DNA from: Mobula hypostoma | Taxonomy: Eukaryota | NCBI RefSeq assembly: GCF_963921235.1 | Contig: NC_086097.1 | Location: 86,306,001-86,370,000, forward strand | Length of the DNA stretch: 64,000 nt | Direction of reading: 5' to 3' | Shown here: one piece after another, positions 37,588-49,617 of the stretch | How the letters are laid out: every line of letters starts with the position of its first letter | Numbering within the stretch: position 1 is the first letter of the stretch | Notes under the pieces: model-generated | What the model was told of the DNA's origin: nothing | The model's database searches: none | Seen by the model: the letters and a program-made list of their open reading frames with translations, nothing else | Program-made: the position numbers and the translations under genes

Positions 37588-39565
37588 TAGAAACATAGAA
37601 ACATAGAAAATAGGTGCAGGAGTAGGCCATTCGGCCCTTCGAGCCTGCACCGCCATTTATTATGATCATGGCTGATCATCCAACTCAGAACCCCGCCCCA
37701 GCCTTCCCTCCATACCCCCTGACCCCCGTAGCCACAAGGGCCATATCTAACTCCCTCTTAAATATAGCCAATGAACTGGCCTCAACTGTTTCCTGTGGCA
37801 GAGAATTCCACAGATTCACCACTCTCTGTGTGAAGAAGTTTTTCCTAATCTCGGTCCTAAAAGGCTTCCCCTCTATCCTCAAACTGTGGCCCCTCGTTCT
37901 GGACTTCCCCAACATCGGGAACAATCTTCCTGCATCTAGGCTGTCCAATCCCTTTAGGATCTTATACGTTTCAATCAGATCCCCCCTTAATCTTCTAAAT
38001 TCCAACGAGTACAAGCCCAGTTCATCCAGTCTTTCTTCATATGAAAGTCCTGCCATCCCAGGAATCAATCTGGTGAACCTTCTTTGTACTCCCTCTATGG
38101 CAAGGATGTCTTTCCTCAGATTAGGGGACCAAAGCTGCACACAATACTCCAGGTGTGGTCTCAGCAAGGCCTTGTACAACTGCAGTAGTACCTCCGTGCT
38201 CCTGTACTCGAATCCTCTCGCTATAATTGCCAGCATACCATTCGCCTTTTTCACCGCCTGCTGTACCTGCATGCCCACTTTCAATGACTGGTGTATAATG
38301 ACACCCAGGTCTCGTTGCACCTCCCCTTTTCCTAATCGGCCACCATTCAGATAATAATCTGTTTTCCTATTTTTGCCACCAAAGTGGATAACTTCACATT
38401 TATCCACATTAAATTGCATCTGCCATGAATTTGCCCACTCACCCAACCTATCCAAGTCACCCTGCATCCTCTTAGCATCCTCCTCACAGCTAACACTGCC
38501 ACCCAGCTTCGTATCATCCGCAAATTTGGAGATGCTGCATTTAATTCCCTCATCCAAGTCATTAATATATATTGTAAACAACTGGGGTCCCAGCACTGAG
38601 CCTTGCGGTACCCCACTAGTCACCACCTGCCATTCTGAAAAGGTCCCGTTTATTCCCACTCTTTGCTTCCTGTCTGCTAACCAATTCTCCACCCACACCA
38701 ATACCTTAACCCCAATACCGTGTGCTTTAAGTTTGCACACTAATCTCCTGTGTGGGACCTTGTCAAACCGCCTTTTGAAAATCCAAATATACCACATCCA
38801 CTGGTTCTCCCCTATCCACTCTACTAGTTACATCCTCAAAAAATTCTATGAGATTCATCAGACATGATTTTCCTTTCACAAATCCATGCTGACTTTGTCC
38901 AATCATTTCACCGCTTTCCAAATGTGCTGTTATCACATCCTTGATAACTGACTCCAGCAGTTTCCCCACCACCGACGTTAGGCTAACCGGTCTATAATTC
39001 CCCGGTTTCTCTCTCCCTCCTTTTTTAAAAAGTGGAGTTACATTAGCCACCCTCCAATCCTCAGGAACTAGTCCAGGATCTAACGAGTTTTGAAAAATTA
39101 TCACTAATGCATCCACTATTTCTTGGGCTACTTCCTTAAGCACTCTAGGATGCAGACCATCTGGCCCTGGGGATTTATCTGCCTTCAATCCCTTCAATTT
39201 ACCTAACACCACTTCCCTACTGACATGTATTTCGCTCAGTTCCTCCATCTCACTGGACCCTCTGTCCCCTACTATTTCTGGAAGATTATTTATGTCCTCC
39301 TTAGTGAAGACAGAACCAAAGTAATTATTCAATTGGTCTGCCATGTCCTTGCTCCCCATAATCAATTCACCTGTTTCTGTCTGCAAGGGACCTACATTTG
39401 TCTTTACCAGTCTTTTCCTTTTTACATATCTATAAAAGCATGTACAGTCCGTTTTTATGTTCCCTGCCAGTTTTCTCTCATAATCTTTTTTCCCCTTCCT
39501 AATTAAACTCTTTGTCCTCCTCTGCTGAACTGTGAATTTCTCCCAGTCCTCAGGTGAGCCACTTT
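37588..39565 (-). mobile_element. Young CR1 copy, 5'-truncated
   Basis: ORFs 38763..39386 and 37685..38797 are nearly identical to the 29397-32421 copy, with one frameshift near 38770. (AGAAACAT)n tail. Confidence 0.95.
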
Positions 39566-39996
39566 TATCTTTTAGTCATCTTCCTGAATGCATCCTTGTG
39601 GAGATTTGTAACATTTTTTATGTGTTAATGCCATTGTGAAGGGCTTTGAGATGATTTTGCAATGTTAAAGGTACCATCTGCAAGGAAATTAATATCATTT
39701 GAAAAGCTTAGGATTGTGCTAAGCAAATACATTTCTATTGGGAAGGCACACTGGGAATCACAATGCATAAACTTAATTGTAATTATTTGAGACACCATTG
39801 ATAGGCAAACTGATCTTTCATAGTCTGTCCTTCATGGAGATTTGCATCTTTCTGGAATAGTTCTCGTGGAATTTAGTAGGATTTATAAAATGATGAATAG
39901 CATCCCATTTTCTTCTTCTGGGGTCATCTGAGAATCATCTTTATGTTCCTGAGGGAGGGAGAGCATTTATATTTATCTCTGATTCACGTATACCTC

Positions 39997-40215
39997 TAGT
40001 TGGCCGGTGGTGTAGTGTCATCAACACCGGCCTTCGAGGCAAATGGTCTCAAGGTCTGTTGCTTTGAGGCGAGTTCAAATCCTGCCAGCTCCTTGTATGC
40101 CTTCCATTCGTGCTAGGTTGAGCATCGAGCTGGCAACTCAGCCTCATATCAAATGCTATGGAAATGGGAAAAATGCCACCTAATGCGCCACGAGGCGCAA
40201 AAAGAAACAACACAC
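39997..40215 (+). mobile_element. tRNA-derived SINE
   Basis: A-box-like GGTGTAGTG and B-box GAGTTCAAATCC (40071-40082). A/CA-rich tail. Confidence 0.65.
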
Positions 40216-40217
40216 AC

Positions 40218-40882
40218 ACCAACACCTCTATTTTCTGAGGAAGCTGAAGAAAGAATAGTCGATTAACATCTATATTCATGTCCTTCTACAGATGTGCAGT
40301 AGAGAGCATCCTAACATGCTTCATCACTTCATGGTATGGAAAATGCAATGCAATGGGCAGGGAGGCGCTACGACAGGTAGTCAAAACTACGCGACACATC
40401 ACTGGCATCAGCTTACCCACCATCAAGGACATATATACAGAAAGATGTTGGAAAAGGTCCAATAACATCATGAAGGATCCCACCCATCCTGCTCATAGAC
40501 TGTCTGTTCCATTCCCATCAGGGAGGAGGTTAAGTAACATCCACACCTGACCACTGGACTCAGTAAAAGCTGATTTCCCTAAGCTGTAAGGCTGATTAAC
40601 TCCTCCACCCACTAACCCACTCCTCCACAGCCTCCACCATTACTACTTCTTCATTTCCTGTCAGATTCACCTTATGTACAGACATTCCTGTGCCTAGCAT
40701 CACTTTATGGGCATATAATCAATCTATGTATATAGGCTCTCTTATGTATTTATATTTATTGTGTTTTTTTACTATTGTGTTTGTTTTCTTATTTCTTTTT
40801 GTGCTGCATGAATCCCGAGTAAGAATTGTTTTGTCTCCTTTACTCTAGTGTGCTGGAAATCACATCAAACTATCTTGAATCT
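40218..40882 (+). mobile_element. Rex1/Babar-like 3' fragment
   Basis: FYRCAVESILTCFITSWYG..DPTHPAH..PSGRRL. Confidence 0.85.
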
Positions 40883-41239
40883 CTAGCAAGTTATGTTTGG
40901 ACATTTACAAGGATGGTTGGCGTTCAAAATTCCAAGAAAAAGCGATCATAAGGTTTCCTGTGAGGTGAATGAATAGTCAACAAATTAAGAGAGAAAAAAA
41001 TCTCACACAGTTAGAAGAACAGAAGTGTGCAAATGAATTTGAAATTTGTTTCTGGAGCAGTAGCAGGATTTAACAGAACTGCTTTGCTTTTTTATATATT
41101 TAGACGGCTGAACAGCAAATAGGTTGTGAATTGGGTGATGTACCTAAAATAGGAATGGCCAAATATGGAGATAATGACTGACATTGGTCAGTCTATCCTC
41201 ATTGAGTAACTGATCACCAGAAGGTAAGTAGGAAAGAAA

Positions 41240-42140
41240 GTGTGAAAGAGATGAAAGGAGAAACCCAAGGGAAGTAAACAAATGGGAAAAATACAGAAAA
41301 TAGAGTGTAATATGGGACAAGGTGAAATTGTTTGTCTTGGTAGTAAAGACTGATATTATCTAAATGGTGACAAACTGCAGATCTCAGAAATGCAGAAGGA
41401 TGTCGACGTCCTAGTGCATGATTTGCAAAAGGTTTTAATGTGGATACAACAAATGATTAGGAAACTAATAGAATATTGTTGTCTATTGCTAGTGGTTTTG
41501 AATATAAAATAGATTGCCTCAGTTATACTGGTGATGCCGCATCTAGAGTACACTGTTGGTCCCGTTATTTAAGGAAGAATGTCAGTTGAAACAATTCAAA
41601 GAAGGTTTACTGGACTAATACTGATGAACATCAAAAACTACAGATGCTGGAATTCTGAAACAAAAGAACAAAATAAGAGAAATTATCAGCAAGACAGGTA
41701 ATCTCATTGGTAAAAGAAACCACATTAACTCTTATAGTCAAGGCCCTTCAGCAGAAATATTGGCATGCTCATAGAATCATCAAACAGTGAACTGCAGGAA
41801 GTAAAATGAGAGCATTTTGCAGCCATAATGTAATGACCAAGGCGTAATTTCTAAATCAGTGCTGGCACTCAGTGTTGGACGAGACTTGAACTAGAGGCCA
41901 TAGCTCAAGGGAGAAAGGTGAAATGCTTAAAGGGAACCTGAGAGGGAGTTTCTTCACTCAGAGAGTGGTGAGAATGTGGAACGATCTATTGTGGAAGTGG
42001 TGAATGCGGGTTTAATTCCAGTATTTGGATAAGTACATGGATAGGAGGGTTGTAGAGGGATATGGTCCAGATGCGGCTTGGTCGGACTAGCGCATGTAAA
42101 GGTTCAGCATAGACTAAATGTGATATAGTGCTCTATGATT
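41240..42140 (+). mobile_element. Decayed CR1 fragments with a Penelope-derived short repeat (~41630-41757)
   Basis: YYLNGDKL and FFTQRVV-like nucleotide matches to CR1 ORF2. Confidence 0.6.
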
Positions 42141-42877
42141 CACATACAGAACATAGAATTCACCATTCTCACATGAAGAAATTTTCTGTACATTGAGCTA
42201 AGACATTTTACAATTCTTTTTGTTTTATTCAAATCCTTGAAACATTAACATATGCCTTATGTCAATATCATTACATAAAGCAACTGCTTTGTGATGAATG
42301 AAATGGGACTTTTCTTGCTTGTATCATGTCATGAAGTGAAAATTTTTAAAATGCTTTGTTGCAGAAATGCAGCCCAGTAATTTCCCTATGCATGGAAATT
42401 AAGCAAAAATTTAAAGAGGTGCATGTATTTCTTAAAGGGGCACAGTAAATGTGGAGTCTTGTCACATTCTACAAAGATTTGTGTCTACTAATTCTGATAT
42501 AGCTATAGGGACTTATTGGATTCCTATAGAATCCATTGCAGGAATTTGATAGAACCTTTTGCAGAATAACAAGGACCTAATTACACAGTGTTCCAACAAA
42601 ATCCAGGGTTTGCAATTTGGCTTTGAGGCTGTTTGGCCAAGGCAGGAGTTAATATGTCAGGTATATAGTATGGCCCCGTTTTACAGAGGGGTTGTGTTTC
42701 TAGGAATTTATCTACATTAGGATTCTTTTGTAAAGTGACTCTGTGACAAAAAATATTGACTAAACATGTTGTTTCTGTTACTTCAGTTTTTTTCCCCCTC
42801 ACATAAATTCCATAAAATTCCATAAAAGCAATTTTCTTTTCTGTATCTCAGAATTGTTGGTAGCGATTTGTGAAATT

Positions 42878-43704
42878 AGTGCGCATGCGCCGGTCGTGCA
42901 TGCAGCCTGGTACAGCCACTCCGAACTATTCCTTTACTTTCTTCTTCTTACTTTTTAATTTACGTTATTTTTGTTTTTTTTCTCTCACGGTAACACGTCG
43001 AAGCTGCACCCTCTCTAACATGCTGGTAGAGAGAGTTTTATTTGGGTTTTCTTTAGCACTGGAAATAGTTACATCCCGACACGCGGGACAGAAGCAAGGT
43101 CGCATTGTGTATTCCACGGACCAGCAAACCCCGGACGGTTTAGAGAACAGAGCAGTGGACACCCCTGCTGAAATCCGGAGGAAAGCACACAGAGGGGGAA
43201 CACAAAGCCGAGGAAAGAGGACCGGGTCGAGACAACAGAGACTTTTGCAGAAGAGGAGTTCGGTGAATAATACCGTTCCAGCTGACCGGAAGTGCACCGA
43301 GAGCGGTAAGCGTAAAGGAGTTTCGTGCTTACTGATCTGGTTAACAAAGGATGGCGCAATCCGGAGTATATTATGCTTGAGGAATGTGTTTGCAGACTGG
43401 ATACTGAACTTGTTACCGTTGGACTTCGGCCACATTCCACCGTGATACAACACTTGGCGGCACGGGAGGCGTTCCTGCCTGTGGCCATCGAACGTGCAGC
43501 TCCTTCCGTGGGGGGTCGGACACCCTGAGCCAATAGACTGGTCCTGGACTTATTTTCCATCTGGCATAGTTTGCAGTTTGTTGTTTGATTGTTGGGTTTT
43601 TTGTATTGCTATATTTACGCTCTATTCTTGGTTGGTGCGGCTGTAACGAAACCAAATTTCCCTCAGGATTAATAAAGTATATCTATCTATCTATATATCT
43701 ATCT
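42878..43704 (+). mobile_element. Internally deleted (bipartite) Rex1/Babar-like LINE derivative
   Basis: 5' end and APE fragments (ADRKCTESGKRKG, VNKGWRNP..ELVTVGLRP) joined to the C-terminal AFLPVAI and an AATAAAG(TATC)n tail. Possible AAATT TSD. Confidence 0.7.
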
Positions 43705-44171
43705 AAATTCCATGAGGGCAAATTTCCATTACCCAGACTGTTGGGATATAGTGTTTACTACCTATTTGTCCAAATCTAAAAGTAGCCAGTATGTTTTCTG
43801 GATAAGCCATTAGAGGTGAATGTGAGTAGAAATCAGGAACAGAAAATGCTGGCTGTACTAGCAGCTCATGAAGCATCAGTGGGAAGAGAAATTAAATCAA
43901 CAACTTAAATGAAGGACCCTGCATCAGATCAGTGAAGAGGATGAGACAGACATGCTAAATAGCTGAGGGGAACAAAATGGAGAAAGTGGCAATGAATGCG
44001 ATTGGGTGAAGACCGAAGTTGTTGAAGTAATAACTACTTTAACTACTGACAATTGAAGACGAAAAATGAAATTAAAGCATATTGAAACAGAGGCATACTG
44101 TATATCTGCATTTATTGAAAAAATAAATAATCTGATGACTACCTGAAATTGTTAAATTCAATATTGCTACT

Positions 44172-44380
44172 AGCAACACACATAGAAGTTGCTGGTGAAC
44201 GCAGCAGGCCAGGCAGCATCTCTAGGAAGAGGTACAGTCGACGTTTCGGGCTGAGACCGTTCATCAGGACATGAAACGTCGACTGTACCTCTTCCTAGAG
44301 ATGCTGCCTGGCCTGCTGCGTTTACCAGCAACTTTTATGTGTGTTACTTGAAATTCCAGCATCTGCAGATTTCCTCGTGC
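44172..44380. mobile_element. Penelope-derived foldback mini-element
   Basis: ~75-bp near-perfect inverted arms. 14-bp TSD TCAATATTGCTACT (44158-44171 / 44381-44394). Confidence 0.9.
44237..44270 (-). ncRNA. Minimal hammerhead ribozyme motif (stem II partly mutated)
   Basis: Minus strand reads GTC-CTGATGA-ACGGTCTCAGCCC-GAAA-CGTC-GAC. Confidence 0.6.
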
Positions 44381-44904
44381 TCAATATTGCTACTGTTATT
44401 TTTGTTGCTCTTTATAATTATTTCAGCCTGTTCCTTTTTCTTTATATTCTCCCTTTGCCAGTTTTTAATTGTTATCTTTAAAATACTGTCAAAATCTTCA
44501 AGAACTCTGCTCCTTGCAATATAATCTGTGCTTTGTTATTGCAAAGAGAACGATTCATGTAATGCTAGTATCCTCATTCCTGTGTATCATGGTGAGCAGA
44601 ATGGACAACCTGCTTATTCAGTAATAACTGCTCGTCCTCCGGTGTAAGCATCACTGAAAGGCTGACATTTTAAGAGCTGTCCCGAGCTGCACTGAGATTG
44701 ATACACCAAGTGGCTTGTTGGTCACTACTGATGTAGAAGCAGGTAAGCTTCTCCTTTACTAAAGACGTTACTTGTATCTAGTTGGCAAATAAATTTTCCT
44801 AAGTTCTTTTTAGATGACAGAACTTACTTTACTAATCAAATTTGCACACTACTAACTCGCATCCTTTGCATTATTCAGTGCCAGGCAGAGGAAAAGATGA
44901 GCAT

Positions 44905-45210
44905 TGTGGGTGATACAGTGAGCATGGCTGCTGCCTCACGAGTCCAGCAACCCGGATTCAATCCTAATCTTCTGTGCTGTTTGTGTGGTATCCACGGGCT
45001 CTTTTTCATTTCTTCCAAATGTCTTTTTTTCCCTCCCACATCCCAAAGGTGTGTACCTGGGTGGGTAAATTAGTCATTGTAAATTGCCTCTAGTGTGTTG
45101 CTGAGATAGAGTACGGGTAGAGTTGATGGAAGTGTGGAGAGAATAAAATAGGGTAAATGGGTGCTTGTTGGTCCATGTGACTAAATGAGGTCACATGGAC
45201 AATGACTATG
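44905..45210 (+). mobile_element. V-SINE/HE1-like SINE
   Basis: GCTGCTGCCTCAC..GGATTCAATCC B-box. CCTCCCACATCCCAAAG..TGTAAATTGCC core, similar to 24595-24890. Confidence 0.75.
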
Positions 45211-45220
45211 ATAGGTTGGG

Positions 45221-45624
45221 TGTCACAAGCACGGATTCGGCAGTGCAGCAGATATGGCAATTGTGCTCGTGAATATGCACGTGTCAGCTAAGTATTATTT
45301 CATTGTGATGGTACTTAACTCCATTCTTTTTGTCGTAGTTCTCGTCAAGACTTGAGCAAAGCACAGCAACGTTTTGCTGCTGGTTTGCATTTGGCCTTGC
45401 CTGAGAAAATTGGACTGTTGAGTCAAGGGAGTCTGAAGACTAGTGGTATTTGTTTTGTATTTAGTTATTCCTTTCAGCCACAGTGTTTACTTTGTTTTCC
45501 ATTTGAGAGTTTTAGCTTATTGTTTTCTTTTCCCTCTAACTCTGTTCACGTTAAAAGCTGTGAAATACTGACCCGGTTTAATGTCTCTCACTCCACATTT
45601 GGGCCATATCAGAATGCAGTGACT
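45221..45624 (+). mobile_element. Solo LTR
   Basis: TGTCAC...GTGAC(T) termini. Imperfect 5-bp TSD TTGGG/TCGGG. Confidence 0.7.
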
Positions 45625-46991
45625 TCGGGACAAGGGACCCTCCAATAATCATTCAAAAATGTGAAGCATGCAGCTTTGAATACACATTCAGGAATGATCC
45701 ACCTGAATGATGCTCATCTAAAAACCAGAAGATCACACTCCCCTGAGGTGAATAACTCTGTTTTGATCCATATTACCAGGCCAACGTCATCATGTGTTTT
45801 GAACGGAGCACTTGTGTCCAGTGATATGACATTGAAGGGCTTGAAAGGAGCTTCGACACTTCAAATTTGCATATATTTTCTTACTCTATATTGTTAACCT
45901 GTTGACCTGTTTATCTTAAATTGATTAGTAACGTGCCAAGGAGAGAAATAAAGACTTTTAGGTGAATATGTTCAGCTTTCATATACAGTATCCCTCAGGT
46001 CTATTCAGTATTGGATTTGCTAAATTGTATATGACAGAACCTGGGTATTGTAAAATGAAATTGTTTCTGTCAGCTCAAGACTTCCCTATTGATGGCCTCA
46101 GTAGCAGATGACCAAGTTGCATATTATCCACTATTAGCTTTGCTTCACATTCATAATCAATTTCAAGACTTCAGGAAGAAGCAGTGTTTCATGCACGCCA
46201 AATTGATGTAGAATTAAGAAAATCAATGTCGAAGTGAATTATGTAATTCTCAGTGAAGTTGCTGCTGCTTGTATGAAGACTGGAACATTACCTGTTGGGT
46301 TGGGCGAATGGCCCGTCAAATCATATAATGCAGCTTCTCACAGTGGAACAGGGAGTTATGGAAAATTTCAGAGCAGCTGCAGAGTGTTATGCCCTAAAGG
46401 CAGCAGTACCCTGCCAGGTGAAACTGTTACTGCAGAAGCATTCAGCCAGGCCATCAGCATTACTTTATCAAGATTCACAATGACATCCTCACATGGCTAA
46501 CGATAACTGATTCAGCCACCGCTGACCCTTGCTTTCATCTGTGTGGATGATTGAAGAACAGTTGTATCTTAGGAGTCTGTTTGTGGGCCTGTGTCATTAT
46601 AGAAGGCGTATATGATTGCAGTTTGTTTTGTTAGTGTCATAACTAAATGGAAATTCTCCAAATCATGATGAATAGCTTTGTCATCAGCTTGCAAAATAAG
46701 CACTCGAATGAATTTGCAATGGTGAGCATCCACTGAAGGAAGGGCTCATTATATTTGGGCATGCACAGAGGCACGAAGTAGCACCAGTTTTTGTTCTTGA
46801 CAAATGATTGAATATATGAACCATGGATATGAATACTAGAAAATTAACGATGCCTGCGCTGCAGAATGTCAGAAGTGTACAGATAGTTGGTGATGCGGAT
46901 GGTTCAAAGTCAAGCTTTACAATCTCTTAGCACACAGCACTGAGATCCAATGGCAGAGTAAATAAAAGTACTGCAGATGCCAGAAATCCCG

Positions 46992-47990
46992 AAGTTCAAA
47001 AGTTCGAAGTAAAATTATTAACAAAGTACATATATGTCACCATCTACAACCCCGAGATACATTTTCTTGAGGGCATACACAATAAATCCAAGAAACACAA
47101 TAAAATCAATGAAAGACCACACCCAACAGGACAAACAATGTATAAAAGACAACAAACAGTGCAAGTGCAAATACAAAAGGAAAAATATAATAAATAAATA
47201 AGCAATAAATATCAAGAACATGGGGATGAAGAGTCCTTGAAAGTGAGTGTATACATTGTGGGAACAGTTCAGTGACAGGGTGAGTGAAATTGAGTGAAGT
47301 TATCTCCTCTGGTTCAAGAGCCTGATGATTGAAGAGTAATAACCGATTACAAACTTGGTGGTGAGTCCTGGGGCTCCTGTGCCTTCTTCCAGATGGCAGC
47401 AGTGAAAAGAGAGCATGGCCTGGTGGGGTTTAATGATGGCAATGCTTTCCTGCGACAATATAGATGTGCTCAAAGGTGGGGAGGGTTTTAATCATGAGGG
47501 ACTGGACCGTATCCACTACTTTGTGTAGGACTTTTTGTTTGAGGGTATTGGTGTATTGCAATGAGCGAATGAAGTGAACCCAAGTGCAGGACACAGGCAT
47601 GGAGATTGAGTTAGGATGCTTACGCAGACGTGAATGTTGAACAGCAAACAGCAGGGATCTGGACACGGAGCCTTGACACAGAGAGATGGAGTTTCAAAGG
47701 TAAACCTTGAAACTGGAGCAAAACTTAGAACACACGGTCCTAAGCGGCCGGGAAACGTTAATTACCACACAGGCAAAACCAACGATCTGGCGACTGGTGC
47801 TTGTAACGCCGGGGTTCTTATGCTGCAGGTCTTGATAGAAACCAGGTATGCCATCATCAAAGAGAATTAGAAGCAAATGAGAAATTGACAGTCGGAACTG
47901 TGGCACAATCAAAGGAAATTAGGAGAAATATATGGAAGTAATGATCGGGACCATGACATGATGTTTCCATATCAGGCTGTGATGCAACAT
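46992..47990 (-). mobile_element. Rex1/Babar-like 3' fragment split by a solo LTR
   Basis: Reverse-complement match to 14270-14835. Resumes at 47959. Confidence 0.8.
47554..47958 (-). mobile_element. Solo LTR, same family as 49618-50879
   Basis: Ends GATCGGGACCATGACA. Imperfect TSD TGGTG/TGATG. Confidence 0.7.
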
Positions 47991-49617
47991 CTGAAAAAGA
48001 AACATAAAATCTAAAACAGAAATAAATATTGCAGGAAATGTGTGCCCAGTGAGGACTCAATAAAGGGAACTTTCAAACCAATGAGCTATCATCAGAAGTT
48101 GGATCCCATAACTTTAATGACTAAACCCTTATGTTGTTGGTTTGTCTGCCATTTACTGTATTTTCTGATGACTTTTAATGATTGAACTTGTTTATGAGGT
48201 AACAGTTGAAGGGAAATTGGAAGGCATTAGAATGGAGATGGGATGGCAGAGCAATGTACCCTGACACAGTTAGTGGTCTGTCAGTGAAAAACTGTCCACT
48301 AGCCTGACAGGCTGCTTACAGTTGACACTTGGGCAGTCACTTTCTGAAGCCGATGACATTGATCACAGGTGGAAGCATGATCCTTTGATAAAACTGTTCC
48401 ATATTCTTCTGTGGACCCCATTCCTCTGCCTTTGTGTGTATTTCTGACAAATGGATGCTAAGTTGATTTTATGCTCAATTCAAGGTCCAGCAGTTAGAGA
48501 ATTAAGAGGATGCACAATAACTTTAAAGCACTTGTCTATTTATTCATTACGTGAGAGAACCTAATATCTAACTTAGCGCCCTCAGACCCGAGTCTACTGG
48601 AGAGCGTCTTTGTGTTAATGCCAGTTTGTCTTTTGTCGATTGCACTGATTGTGACAGAGTCCGGTGGTGAAACCTCCCCTATAACTGGTGGAGTGGTTGT
48701 GTTTGCCCCATTATAATTCTAGGAGAAAGTGATACCTCACCCCTTGCACAATCTAGTCCTTCTTCACACAAGAATGCCACCACAACCGTGCCCTGACAGA
48801 GTTCAGTGAGATCAGCGAGTTCCATGATATTGTAAATCTAGCAGAGCAACTGTCAGCCATTAATCACAAATCTTGTTTGGAGATGTTTCAATAAACTCAG
48901 CTACCCTTTATTCAGTTTAACATGGCAGGTGTTCCAAAAAGTTCACACATTGTTTGACTTAATATTTCCACCGCTCAATCTATCTGAGCAGCGCAGCACT
49001 ACAACTACAAGCGTAATAAAGCATTACATTCGGCCCACAGGCAAGCGTGTTACAGCAAGCAGGTTACAATTCAGCCCCTGGTTGATCCCTTAATAGTTCC
49101 ATCAGTGTTCAGAGCTGACAGATCCGTGACAGCTTTGTTTCATGCCCAATGCTTGTTATCATTCAGAGGAGCTGGAATCAGTGCTTCAGTGCTGGAGAGA
49201 GTTGGAACTCAGTGGCAAAACCACCATTTTGATCATCCGATTAGCGTATTCAGACAGCATTCAGATGTATCACTGATCACTGATGTTGTGGCGAGGAGCA
49301 ACAACAATGTCGTAGCCATTTCTGCAATGTAAGAAAGTACACAATCACCTCCTTTTAGTTAGTCGCTGGGTGTTAAGGCAAACAGGTTTTTCATTCCTCA
49401 GTATCACCGCCCAGCACGTAGGACTAGGTCCACAGACTACTACCTCATGCCTGCCACTGTATATAGAGGAACAGCACCGCCTGACTAGGCCTATATATCG
49501 TGGCAGGGTTTACTGACCATCCTCTGTTCTGCAGATAGGTTACTACCTGGTCCAACACCTCGGCCTCTACCCCCTTCCCCATTGAGCCCCTGCAATAATA
49601 TGTCCATATAATGGGTT

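Noticed and set aside
37662..38867. Long antisense ORFs recurring in CR1 copies (MPPKWITSHLSTL..)
   Set aside because: Antisense shadows of ORF2. The recurrence only reflects copy identity.
39997..40090. Possible tRNA gene
   Set aside because: A/B boxes are present but there is no cloverleaf, and the sequence continues into a SINE body and tail.
41100..41230. Apparent exon ending AAG|GTAAGT
   Set aside because: Adjoins decayed CR1 RT sequence and has no recognisable reading frame.
46234..46500. 88-aa ORF in unique sequence
   Set aside because: No recognisable homology and no convincing splice-site pair.
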